From NCBI GenBank assembly GCA_048013815.1, contig CM106586.1:19034001-19098000 (forward strand): a stretch of 64,000 nt of DNA, written 5' to 3'. A model generated the notes under the pieces. That model was not told where the DNA came from and did not search any database. It saw only the letters and a program-made list of their open reading frames with translations. This stretch comes from Setoptus koraiensis. Lineage: Eukaryota > Animalia > Arthropoda. The position numbers and the translations under genes were made by a program. Below, piece by piece: positions 24,781 through 37,447 of this stretch (position 1 is its first letter; each line of letters starts with the position of its first letter).

Positions 24781-26777
24781 ACTCCTCTAGTCCCCCCTCA
24801 GCACTTGATGCCAATTGTTCTTGAGGCGCCGGAACTAAAATCACTAATATGACCATATATACCAGGGTTTAAAATTGTTCGCACGAGCACCGGAGCCATC
24901 TTTAAGAACCTCTCGATCTTTTCGTCTATCTATCTATCCAAGAGTTTCTTTATCGACAGATGAATCCACTATCGAGAGTTTGTTTTTGAAGTGGACTCTT
25001 TCACACTAAATGTTTTCATTGGTGATTGGATACTCTCCTGTTGGCAACTAGCACTGTCTCAGGCTAAACGTTACCCTGCAGCTTTGTATTGAAACTATTG
25101 CCAGATGAGCTGCCAGAAGAATCCAATCTACGCCTGCTACTGTCTGAGGCCGCAATCGTTGCTCAATCTCCCCACAAGCAGCAGCACCACACTCGCTCGA
25201 GACTTACTCTTGAAATTTAATTAATTTACACCTTACTCATGGTGTTGCTGTTTGTGGAGATATTCCTACAATTGCGACTGTTAGTTCAGCGGTGCAAGTG
25301 ATACTTCAAGTTTTCCGTTATTTTCAGTAAATTTGCATAGAGTGTGTGGATATGGATAGTTGTCAACTAGATATTTGGTTCACTTGAGACCTTTCCAGCA
25401 GCGATTCATTTTTGAAAGAAAAATACCCCAATACGGGACAATTAAACTACACCTGTAACACCTTGATGTTATAGGTTCAAATGCCCAAGTTTCCACAGAT
25501 TATTCAATGCGGCCTTACACAGTACACTTCGTGCACAAGAACACTGCATGCCGCTTGAGATTGGTCCTATGTCCAGCGGTGCTTTGCGAAAGATCCACCA
25601 GGGCCGCTGCTCATGTTTCATTGGACATATAGAAAGTAGAGCAGCGACACCCTCGCGGATCTTTTGCAAACCATTATGAGTGCATCAGAAAGACTACCCA
25701 CCCTGTGCTTGCTTGGCTCGCACAGTTTGTGCGTTAGCAAGAATATGAGCATTCTCGAAGCCTGAGTACGACAGGGCACACAAATCTACTTTATACTCTC
25801 TGTGCTGCTGTGCTGAAATTGAGCTCCGATGTACGCGTGTGGACATGTGAACATTGAACAGCGATAACGCTGACGTTACAAATCATACGCTCGAGGCGAA
25901 CTCTGGGTGTCCAGTTGATAACTACATTTGTGTGTTCAGAATCCTACACGTTGTCGTTGTCCACAAATGTATAACAATATCACCATTCACTTTTTATAAA
26001 ACTACCGTGTTTTTTATGTGCTATGCAACAGTGCCTACAAAGGCGAAACCAATCACTACTTTGTTAGTATTATTAAACTGACAAGGTTGTCACATCTCAC
26101 TATTATATTTCATCATCACCAATTGGACTTATATTTATAATATTCAATTTTATATTATTACTGTCAGTTGTTTTGCGCTACAACTATCAGTAGAAAAACA
26201 ATTTATCATCTTGGTCAGCATTGCTACAGCAGCTTTGAAAAACATCCACCGAGCAAGTTCGATCTGGTGACAACAATACTTGGGGATCATATTGTTTCAA
26301 GTGATGATTTTGTCTGATGTAATTTCACCTTTGTATATTCTGTTTATTGTAAGATCATAGTAATATATCATACAATATTAGAGTACATAATCATAGCAGC
26401 AAAAATACCACCATAATTCCATTGGGCGCGGTCACCATTTTCCTTGTTGGAAGCACATTACAATAGCACAAACTAGACATATACACATCGGTCACCACAC
26501 TGCCACTTGATTGATCCATTCTTCCCTGCTATTCCATCTTATCTGATCAGATGACATTCAGCACCTAAACTAACATTTCTCATCACTCAACTAAATTGAA
26601 GCTAACAGTCAGAGCTGCAAGCACTCAAACTAATCTCATCGGGCACACTTGAGCTGGAGCAGAGAAGAAACATCGCCTAATAGGACTTAAACAGGTCCAT
26701 TTATACATATCCGATGACATTTATATGGTCCTTATATGTATGGCGTTATAGTACTAGTATATCACATCACTACATCT

Positions 26778-26809
<32 letters not shown>

Positions 26810-27625
26810 TCATTATATGTAATATATACTGGCGTGTTATTGTCGTTTCATGCTTGCCCTCTACCAAATGATAACTTGATATAGTCACCATATAACATAT
26901 CCCCTTGAGACTTGGTGATAACTGGCTGACAACAATACAATAATCCCACTACTGGCCAAACTCAGCCACCAACTTTTAGTGTTGCTGTTATATCACTAAA
27001 TGGATCAATGTTCGTCAAGTAAATTCCTTATTGGTTGGTAAACATCATAAATTAACAATCATATTCTAGACTTAGCTTGGCTAGTTGTTTACTAATACGC
27101 TAGCTCATCTTTGGTTCAACACAGATATCTTCTATTGTAATTCATCGGTTTATGAATGTCCTGTCTCCTGTTGCTCATTGAAACTAATTCTACTGCACAA
27201 TAAATAATACTATGTGATATAATCAATAATATGCTTGAGAAATCTGTCACATATTCAACAATCCAGCGCATTTAGTTCATCACAATCTTCTAGTACAATT
27301 ACCATTATGATAACCAACAACTGAAAGCAAGCTTATTCTAACTAGCCGAAAAAACTGCATTAACTAAATTATTGACTTGAACAAGAATAGTAAATTGTCA
27401 AGATGTATCTAGGTGAGTTGTTATTTGTACTACATTATGTACATTTTATCTAAAGTATATCGATTGTTTCTTGGACATGACCGAAATCTATATTCAGCGT
27501 CGCACTATCCTTAAGATAGATTCACCCTGCTGATAGATAGGCATTCTTAAACATCACACTCATCTTTTAACATCACAAATAGTCACCTCATTTGTACTAG
27601 TCTTATATAACATCTTTGTTTCATC

Positions 27626-28597
27626 ATGTCTTCCTCCATTTACGACTCCATGTTGTCTGTTTTGAATTATATTGTCGATCAACCTGTCTTTTATTTTGTA
27701 CTGGCGGTACTTATTGTAGCATGTTTTAAAGGATGCCTAGTTAGAATACCCTATGCCACTATACTATCGACGTTGATATCGTCATGTGGCTTAATAATTG
27801 GATTAGCTGCACTTTATGATACAACTACAATAGTAGACCGGATGACACAAGAGTTATTCAAGAGGAAGCTAATCTTGTAAGTTGTAACTTGTAAGTTTAC
27901 ATCTTCTATCAGTATTTAGTTACTTACAAATAGACTTCTTTTTCTCCCTTTCATTAGATTGGACGATTTGAAGCTCGGCTACGTCTTTGTGGCAATATTC
28001 ATTGTCATCGTAATATTCTTCAATCTAATCATAGGATTTATAGCCACTGATCAATCATTATCAAATAGTGTGTCGGGTCATAGAAGGAAATGTAGCACTA
28101 CCACGTGTGTAAAGAGTTCGACAACAGTATGCCTCTTGCAAACATTCTTAGTATTCAACTATTTAATCTATTATATTTTATTGGTCGCCACTATTTTTAC
28201 TTTTGTTATGCTATTTATATGTTATGTATTATCAGCGTTATGCAATGAAAGTGCATCAATTTCAGGAGATACTAGACAACCAACACCAAATCTACCAACT
28301 GAGAGTAGACTAAGGATTGACTTACAACTATTCGGGCCCGTTATAAATTTCCCATCTAATGAAACAGGACTTTTAGATTTCAAGGATGTAAGACTACATA
28401 AATTATGTGTAGACTATATGAGTGGCCTAATGTTCCACTCCATACTATGCGCTATTGGTTTCCTATTGTCTTGTGTTGGATTTGTCAATTATCTAATCAA
28501 CTTCAGCGTGAATGCAGCCAAGTTAAGCACTAAACAAAAATTTGAAGAACTTGTTTACTTAAAATCTGAATTGGTGACCCTTGATCCAAGATACTAA
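27626..28597 (+). CDS. M6: Myelin proteolipid protein / neuronal membrane glycoprotein M6 family; exons 27626-27876, 27958-28597
   Basis: GCLVRIPYATILSTL, RMTQELFKRKLILLDDL, four hydrophobic segments and C-terminal NYLINFSVNAAKL...QKFEEL match the M6/PLP pattern; phase-2 GT-AG intron. Confidence 0.85.
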
Positions 28598-29360
28598 TTA
28601 ATCAAATTCCAGAAGGGGTCTATAGATCGCGGAATGTATAAAATTATTATCACTCTATAACTGTTGGAGCAACACTATTAATGTCAACAGCATCTGATCT
28701 CTTTTCCAAGATTCTTTTGACTGTAAATTGAAACTGTAAATTAAAACAGTTGTCTTATATGCCACTCAGAAGGAATCTAGTTAACATCGTCATCCGAAAT
28801 GAGAAGATTCTTCATGATCATGCCTCATTAGTGTGACAATACCTGAGTTTGTTCTTGTCGATTGATGAAGAGTATATTACTTTTTGGGGTATTATTACAG
28901 AGTATTAATACCACAGGGAAAATGTATTTTGGAGCAAAATATTCCACCATTTTGGAAGCGCGATCTCTCGTTTGGGTGCAATGGTTTTGTTTACTCAATT
29001 CTTCCATGTTTTTATTATGTTTCCCGAATCCAGCCTGCTTCAGACTTGAACTAGAGACCGTGTATTATCAAACATGGCACATACACTGTGACTCTTTTCT
29101 ATCTATTCAATTGTAGTCAGTATTTTGAGGGAATGCACACGGCACATAACAAGTCCTTTTCCAACCGATCTGTCGGCATGCCTGGATTCTCTCACAGATT
29201 ATCGCATTGTTATCACATGGCCAGTGCTTAAATTTTTATCTCAGTTGACCATATGGAAAGGGTCTCGTAGTGCCAATCATCGATTACTTTATCACCTTAC
29301 TTCACTACTCTCTTTATCAACTCTTTATCGGCTCAACAACTACCAAGCAGGCAGGTTGAC

Positions 29361-30116
29361 ATGCAGAAATTCGTTCAATGCATCTTCAGTCGGAAATACT
29401 TATTGGCCACCAATGCAATCCTAGGGACATCATTCATGCTAGCTGGCGATGTAATAGCTCAAGAGATTGACATTAATGGCCTTGTAAAATCAACGACGGG
29501 CCACGAGGAACATAGTGATGGTAGCGAACTGACAAAACCTACAAATACGTCCAATCAAAGACTGAAACTTGACCCTGAACAATCCAAAGCGATGGCTGCA
29601 GGCGGACTGTATTTTGGTGTAGCATGTCACTATTGGTACTTATTCCTTGATAGAAAATTTAAAGATAGAAAGCACTCTGTTTTAAAGAAACTATTGTGTG
29701 AGTCTGCAGTAGGACTCCCATTTGCTGCCGGTCTATTTGTTGTCACGGGTTCAATCAAGAAACAGTCCACGATTGCCATAGCAAACGATTTCAGGAATAG
29801 CATCTGGTATATAGTGGCTGTAAGTTGACCTAGATACACATTCAAACCAGCGTAGTTACCTTTACCACTTGACGTGCCTCTTTCTCTTTTCCTCTGTAAA
29901 TGATTGATTGTATTATTTGGATTATCCTCACGACCCACTCTCCCTCTCTCTCTCTAGGCGGATTTCCTATTTTTTTTGCCTCTCCAATCAATCAATTTCT
30001 ACTTCCTGCCCACAAGGTACAGATTCCTCTATGTTGGATGTATTACTTTAGTCTATGATGTATTTCTGTCCCACGTGATAAACAATTTGAACAGGGTGAC
30101 CAAGCCATTAGATTAG
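29361..30116 (+). CDS. Mpv17/PMP22 family protein (MPV17L2-like); exons 29361-29819, 29958-30116
   Basis: KYLLATN...LAGDVIAQ, CHYWYLFLDRKF, VLKKLLCE; second exon ADFLFFLPLQSINFYFLPTRYRFLYVGCITLVYDVFLSHV. Confidence 0.88.
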
Positions 30117-30665
30117 AAATCATTCAAATGTAATTTAGTGAGATGTGTTTGGGGCTAATCTGATGATAGAATATCGATATAGTAGTTCTGCAAGAGGCTA
30201 GTCAGTCATAGTAACATTGTGGCTTCCACCTTAAAGATTCTCATACAAACAACATCGGTATTCTAACAAGCAAATGGCACCATCACATAATTGAGCCCTC
30301 TTACTGATCAGGCTTAGTTTTGGAGATAGAATATCGTGCATATATAGAGTCGTAAGAGATCTTAAATAAACAACTGCCAAATAAAAAGAGAGCAAGAGTT
30401 TCATCTTACATAAGAATATAGAGTGCCGCTGTGAACATCAAGAACAAAGCATATTTCTGGTGCACGTGTTTATACAAGGTAGATACAAGCATGTGATCAG
30501 ATGAGACCCTGGTGTGTGTTCATAATATTTTTATTTATTGCAAACAGCATCTATCATTAGGATTGTAATTTTTTTATTACTCAATTGATATCTATTTCCG
30601 ACGATCTCATACACACACACACAGAGTTTAATTTAAACCTCAGTTGGCAAACGAAGAATCTGAAA

Positions 30666-32879
30666 ATGGTCCACTTTAGATTGGCAGTATTCACACTCAA
30701 TCAGTGGGCACTCGATTATGAGTCCAACTATCAAAGGATTATCAAGAGCATCGAATTAGCAAAAGCCGCTGGATCATTTTACCGAGTTGGACCAGAGCTC
30801 GAGATTTGTGGCTACTCATGTGAGGACTCATTCTTCGAGAGAGATCACCAAGATCATTGCTGGCAGATCATAAGCAGAATCATTAATGATAAGGTATCAG
30901 CCGACATCTTAATTGATGTTGGCATGCCCGTAACACTAAACTCGGCTCGTTACAATTGCAGATTGATCATATATAATGGACACATCTTATTGATCAGGCC
31001 AAAAACTCGTCTCGCCATCAATGGAAATTACCGTGAATCGCGTCACTTCACAGCCTGGGACCATCGGTCTGGTATGACCTGGTTCAAACTACCCCCGATC
31101 GTGACTGAGCTTCATGGGCAAAAATGGGCTCCGTTTGGATCAGGCGCTATCTTGGAATTTCCAATTTTTCAACAAGATCGACCATCCTCCCCAGGAACTT
31201 TTCGCGTTGGACATGAGATTTGCCAAGAGATGTGGGACTCAGACTCGTTGAATGAAGAATTCTATTCCAAATACGGCTGTCATCTCATAGTAAATAGTTC
31301 AGCCTCATATTGGGAACTGAGGAAACTCGATACTGTGCAGAGCATCATGAAGGCAGCCACTCTGAGATCAGGGGGCGTTTATGCTTTCTCAAATCTGCTC
31401 GGATGTGATGGTCAAAGGATTTGCTTTTACGGACGTAGCTGCATCTTCGTCAACGGACAGCTCACTAAAATGACAAACTTAAACGGCAATGTTCTAAATG
31501 AGGTTGATATGATAACTCACGACATTGATAATTACGTAGTGGAAGATTACAGATCTCAGTATTCTGTCAGGATCGACAGCAATAAAACTGCTGGCTCTAC
31601 TCTCGATCTCATGGATTGTGTCGTGTACGACCAAAAAAAGAGTTTGATCGACATTGTAAATACGAAAGTCTTGCACTTGAATGTGAATCTGAAATCTCGA
31701 GATCCCTATTCTTCTTTCAAAGATCCTTTAATACAACAAGGTGTACTGAGATTCGAAGAGGAAATTTACCTATATGCTTCATTATGGATGTGGGATTACT
31801 TACGCAGGAGTCGAATGAAAGGATTCGTCATACCGTTGAGTGGAGGACTGGACTCTAGCTCGGTGGCTTGTTTAGTTTATAGCATGTGTGTCATGATATA
31901 TGATCAAATGAAAAAAGGTAGCGATCTTGTTTGTGAATACTTCCGCCGAGTGCACAACATGAAAGAAGAAGAATTACTAAGCAAGTTCAAAACACCTTCA
32001 GACATTTGCAAAACTATATTGAGCTGTTACTATTTAGCCACAAAATTCTCAGGTGCTGCAACACTAAGGCGAGCTGAAAAATTATGTAGCTCTATAGGAT
32101 GTCATTTCCATTATTTAAACTTTGATGAAACATTCACTAACATGAAGGCATCATTGGACGCAACAATCTCCCCAAAGCCAAGCGCCGAGGCTCTCAAATT
32201 GCTAGATCAAAACCTTCAAGCCCGTCTAAGAATGACCTCCATCTACTATCTCAGCGGTGGCAATAGAATCGTTCTAGCTACAGGAAATGTAGATGAGGCC
32301 CTCATGGGTTACTTGACTAAATACGATTGTTCTTCAGCAGATATCAATCCAATTGGAGGCATCTGCAAACGAGATCTCTGTTGTTTTATGTCTTACTGCA
32401 GCAATGTCAGATTTAAAGATAATGAACAATTTGCCAGTATAGTGCATGAAATCGTAGAAGCACCTCCTAGCGCTGAATTGACAGGAGAAGATCAACGAGA
32501 TGAAGATGAGATAGGTTTGACCTACGACGAGATAGCTGCCATGGGCAGATTGCGCAGGGGACAATATGCCTGTTGTGGTCCATATATGATGTTCAAGGTA
32601 TTGTGGCAACGCCGTAATGACGAAGATCTCAAATCTCGGATAAGAGGTTTAGGCGTGGACGCAAATCCTAAAGATATCGGTGAAAAAGTGAAACGATTTT
32701 TCAAGCGATACGCAAGAAATCGTCATAAGCAAACTGTATTGACACCGGCTCTTCATGCTGAAACCTATTCACCAGATGATAATAGATTTGATCACAGGCA
32801 ATTCCTATTTAACTCCGATTGGACTCTGCAATTTTCGTGTATTGATGAAGAAATTGATAGGATCAAGTCAATCATTTAA
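30666..32879 (+). CDS. NADSYN1: Glutamine-dependent NAD(+) synthetase, intronless, ~737 aa from ATG 30666
   Basis: Nitrilase-fold glutaminase triad contexts GPELEICGY (E), IRPKTRLA (K), EICQEMW (C); synthetase PLSGGLDSS, QNLQARLRM, GNVDE, YLTKYDCSSADINPIGGI, PPSAEL, NRHKQTVLTP, PDDNRFDHRQFL. Confidence 0.97.
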   Translation: MVHFRLAVFTLNQWALDYESNYQRIIKSIELAKAAGSFYRVGPELEICGYSCEDSFFERDHQDHCWQIISRIINDKVSADILIDVGMPVTLNSARYNCRLIIYNGHILLIRPKTRLAINGNYRESRHFTAWDHRSGMTWFKLPPIVTELHGQKWAPFGSGAILEFPIFQQDRPSSPGTFRVGHEICQEMWDSDSLNEEFYSKYGCHLIVNSSASYWELRKLDTVQSIMKAATLRSGGVYAFSNLLGCDGQRICFYGRSCIFVNGQLTKMTNLNGNVLNEVDMITHDIDNYVVEDYRSQYSVRIDSNKTAGSTLDLMDCVVYDQKKSLIDIVNTKVLHLNVNLKSRDPYSSFKDPLIQQGVLRFEEEIYLYASLWMWDYLRRSRMKGFVIPLSGGLDSSSVACLVYSMCVMIYDQMKKGSDLVCEYFRRVHNMKEEELLSKFKTPSDICKTILSCYYLATKFSGAATLRRAEKLCSSIGCHFHYLNFDETFTNMKASLDATISPKPSAEALKLLDQNLQARLRMTSIYYLSGGNRIVLATGNVDEALMGYLTKYDCSSADINPIGGICKRDLCCFMSYCSNVRFKDNEQFASIVHEIVEAPPSAELTGEDQRDEDEIGLTYDEIAAMGRLRRGQYACCGPYMMFKVLWQRRNDEDLKSRIRGLGVDANPKDIGEKVKRFFKRYARNRHKQTVLTPALHAETYSPDDNRFDHRQFLFNSDWTLQFSCIDEEIDRIKSII

Positions 32880-33205
32880 GATCAATCATATACATAAATC
32901 TCTATATATATATATATTTACACATGCAGACATGAGATGGCTGGTTATAACAATAATAGCTAGTCAAGTCATTGTCAATGACGAAGAAACAATCGAGTAG
33001 ATCGACTAGATCTTTCCTACTCAATTATCGATGTTTGTATCAATCGCTCTAGGATAGTCTTTTGCTGTAGGTGCTCATCACATGTAGATACAACAAAATT
33101 AATTGTGATCTTGATATATAGCTACTATTTTCATCAGGTTTCAGTTAGGTACAGTCTGATCTTCGTGTCTACATAAAAACTCGAGTCTTAAAAAGTCTCC
33201 ATATC

Positions 33206-33208
<3 letters not shown>

Positions 33209-33261
<53 letters not shown>
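33209..33261. repeat. (AT)n microsatellite
   Basis: Uninterrupted AT dinucleotide run of about 26 units. Confidence 0.97.
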
Positions 33262-33268
<7 letters not shown>

Positions 33269-35754
33269 TCATCATCACTAGTGATAGCTTGATATTCAAC
33301 CATCCTTTTTTATCAGTAAATAGGTATAAGTTGTTTGGATTCATCATCAACGTTTAGATTGATATCACAGTGCTAGTCAGACTACTGATTTCAGTGGCAA
33401 CTCGTCGTCGTGTAGTTATTATTATTACAATGACTCTGTTTACATTTATTTTGTGTGTCTATTGTATAAGTGGTAAACATAACATTGGACAGATACGCTG
33501 ATCACACGTCAATTTATATGGATATACTCTGCAAGAAACGCCTCGCCCTTATGGAGGTATTTATCGCTTGCGGGTTTTGGCGCTTGGATCGTTATGACTG
33601 ATGACTCTTCGACCCAATCTCTACACCTTGAACTGCATGATTCTAGAATTAGGCCCCAATAAAATCAAAAGCATCGAGTAATCATAGCAATGAAACCTCT
33701 ACTACTTGATTGGCCATGATGTCGCCCAGACCATAGCTAGGTAGGCAAACATCTAACTAGAGTTGGTGAAAGTGTTGCTGAGCCATAAATACGCCAATAA
33801 CATCGCTCAAAAGTGCGGACGCTGTAAGGAGATTGCAAGGGGATGCTACAATAAACATTAGCTACCAGTCACCTGTAAATTATGTAATGTGAGTGCAATT
33901 TGCACTATTTTGGATACTAATTGGAATAAATTTGATAGCAGTTTGCGTTTAGGGTAGAATTCGAACGAGTCAGTAGTTTTTATTTGTTTGATACTAACTG
34001 AAAATATTATTGTTCAAACAATCATTTTAACGATTTCATCTGACATGTTTGTCGTGCAACCAACGTTAAGTAAGTTCGGATCAAAAAACATTAGGCAATT
34101 TAGAGCAGTCATATCAAGCTATCGATGTTGCCATTCCATTGGCATTGATGCCATGATCAACAAAAGATGCTCTGTATATAATTAACGCTACTTTATGTAA
34201 TAGAATGAGATCATTGACAGAATTTTCGAATTGAGATTAATGAAGTTGCAAGGATCATGTACCATTGATTTATGTCGCCCCCTCTTACTAAAACAAATTC
34301 ATCATCAACTCATCAATGAGCGTGATGATCCAATTGTTGTTGTATAATGTTGTAACTGAATTACTAATACAACAACAGAGTCGGCAAAATACTGTGATTT
34401 GAAGATGAGAAAAAATTGTTTCATTATTGTTCAGTGCCTGCTCAGGCATCAGTAAGCATACAGAAAATATGTCTCGCCATTGCCCTGAAAATTGCGCGAC
34501 AACAAAACTTATCCCGCCACCATAAAAATTGCCTTTAGCTCTCTTAGATCCGTCAAGTCAATGTGGAAAAACATATTTATATATAGTCAATTGATTGAAC
34601 ATAAATTCGCGCAAAATAAACAACCCATTTGGATACAAAGTAGTCGTGTTAGATAATGTTCATGAATAAATATAGCAACACATTATCTGATGGATTGATA
34701 CCTAGGTGGTTTCCATAGATAATATTAGATGGTGTAGATAATGCGCTCAAGATGCTCATTATAAGCACAACATTGATTCAACACAAAAATAAAATTTAAT
34801 TCAAGTCCACCAATGATCCTTATTTGAGTTTCAACAACAACAATATTTGGTATTGTGCTGACCTACAGGTGAATGGGCCAGTCAACCTGTTCGGAGAAAA
34901 AACTCAAGGAAATCGCATAATAACAAGGTAGGTGCCTCTTGAAGTTGATTACTGAACTTTCTCATAAGACATCTGGACGAAAAATGAGAATTTTATCGCT
35001 CGTAAGGCAATATCTTATTGCCACATGAATCTAACGTTGTCAACAAAAGTCAACAATTATTTCAGCGCAATAAGGACCGCGATTGAATATTTTTATCGCG
35101 TCACCCGGGTTTATTTGCCAATGTTAGCAACAGGAAGACAGATCTAGTTGTTTGTCATCCGTACTATTGTTGATGTTAGATCATTTGATCTTTTCAGTAC
35201 GTTCAAGATTGATTATGTTTGAGACATGTTGTGATACTTATAATTATTATTTTGTAAAGGTGGTAGTGAAGATGTTGGCATAGCTCGACTTGTAAGCCGT
35301 GTTTGTTTGAATAACGTCATTATTAGCTAAGCCGATTATTTGTCATCAATTATTACGACGATTGAGAGTTTCAACATCACCCGCTAATTACGTTCATAGT
35401 TATCATGAAGTCTGTCTATTCGTGCAACGACCCGCTCATCAATATATGAAAAGAATATTGATTGGCGAGTAACCATGTTGAAGACGCATGATAATTGTGG
35501 TTGTAAACAACAATCAGAAGTCAGTGGTGGTATTGTTGTCAGAAACGAGATTCATTCATTGTTGGATGATAAAGTACTATTAAGTAAGAGTACACTCATA
35601 GTTTCATTAGTCACACAAATCTTCTCAAATCCCCGTCAACCGCTTGTCAATTGAAGCAAGTTGTTGTATAATATTCATCTTGACAACTAATCTGCTCTCG
35701 TCAGTCAAAATGATACATATTGTTGAGCGAAAGAAAAAAAGTGCCACTAGTTAG

Positions 35755-36080
35755 CATGGATTTTTTCCCCTTTCCTGGTCTTTCAAGTTTGTTTGTTCTG
35801 AACAAACATGATTAGCTGCGAATCTAGACCAGTCACTATGGCAAATATATTCAAGCCAGGTTCTCTCATCAAATAGTAATCGATCTGTCTTTACCATCAA
35901 CTTCTTGGTGATACGAATATTCGCCAGCCCATTAAAGCTGTCATTGTAATGTGATTCCAGCTACTCTATTGGAAGAAGTCAATCGGTCGATGTGCCAAAT
36001 GACGACATCTTCATATCATCGGTGTAAGACAAGCTGGCGTCCTTTTCCTTGAACCCTAGTCTTATAAACTACTCCATTCG
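35755..36080 (-). pseudogene. Possible relic with an SRCR-like motif
   Basis: One minus frame reads, with several stops, ...RTWLEYICHSDWSRFAANHVCSEQ, resembling the SRCR W-x-x-(V/I)C-x-x-x-W...A-x-x-VC pattern. Confidence 0.25.
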
Positions 36081-37447
36081 TGTTCGTCTCCTCGTTCGTT
36101 GCCACTGACAAACGACCGAGGCTCAATATGGCTCCAGATTGAGGACTGAAATTGAGGACACACACTCACGCTCCATTACGGGTAATGGTAAAGCAAATCG
36201 TAAAAGAAATATGACACCGAAAACAGATTTGCAGAGAATAGAGAAACTTTCAATTCTTTTTTAGGCTTTCTCTGCCGCCACGATCTCGAGATGCTGCCGC
36301 GGTGGTTCGTGACATAGGCTATATTGAGAGTAGTGATACATATGATCATCATGTTTAATACTTACTCATGACTATGTATGTAATCATGGCGGGAATAATC
36401 TTGATGATGATGTTAATCAAGAGAGACTGAAGATATCAGACTCATTATACATAAATGGCTACAAAAACCACTTGTTGTTGTTGTTGTTTAGAGTAGAAAA
36501 ACACACGACACAACCACTGCTGGCATAACTTTATCGCACTGAACTAACTTTTATTAGTTATATATCTGTGAAATAACAAGCAGCAAACAAACAAACAAAT
36601 GAAAGGGAGAAAAAAACACTACTGATTTATTTGAGCTTACATTTATTCAATTCTGTTCCAATGATATCGTGTTTAAGTGATGCATTAAGCAGTAGTAGCA
36701 AAGACGACACATGATTTAAATCTAATTATATCATTGGCGAGGTGTGTTAATAGGTTAGTTGAGCTATCCAGAACAATCGCACACTACTGTGTCATATGCT
36801 AAATTGTAAGCGCCAAGTTGACTTCGATTGTTTATTATTGTTTGTGCTTGTTCATTTGTGTTTTTTATTAATGTTATATGTTCCTGCAAATTGAGATCAA
36901 ATCATCAGTTATTAGCCAGTTGCCATAATAACAATAGTAATAGTTTTATCGAATTGAGACGTCAACTTTATCAAAAATTAGCTATTATAGTTAGTAAGTA
37001 GCTTCAACGGATGGTGTATATTGAGTGAAATTAGACAAGAGCTAAACTAATGTACTTTCTCTCTTTTGTTTTTGTTTATTTAACTGGAACATAAAACAAT
37101 CAAATCTCATGTTATTTACATATCACCATCCTCTCTGATAACAACAGCAAAGTCATCATAATTGCATTGATTTTACCACCATGGTCACTAAATGAATATA
37201 CAATTTTAAATATCCATCTACCATCCATTCAGAAATTTTTAATCTAGTGACCAGGTCTTCCGGCCCGCAATCAAGACATTTTAAAACATTTATTATTACA
37301 TGTGTACAAACAAGCAAATATAAACTAATCAATCAATAGTATTGTTTTAAATTTAGTGACCAACATCCGAAATATCACACTATACTCATACTATCATCAC
37401 ACCATACGAAATCACAAACACGCACCTAGACGAATAAACCATTCAAT

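Noticed and set aside
30666-32879. Horizontal transfer of NAD synthetase, suggested by the lack of introns
   Set aside because: The sequence has the eukaryotic two-domain NADSYN1 signatures (YLTKYDCSSADINPIGGI, PDDNRFDHRQFL) and other conserved genes here are also intronless. A phylogeny would settle it.
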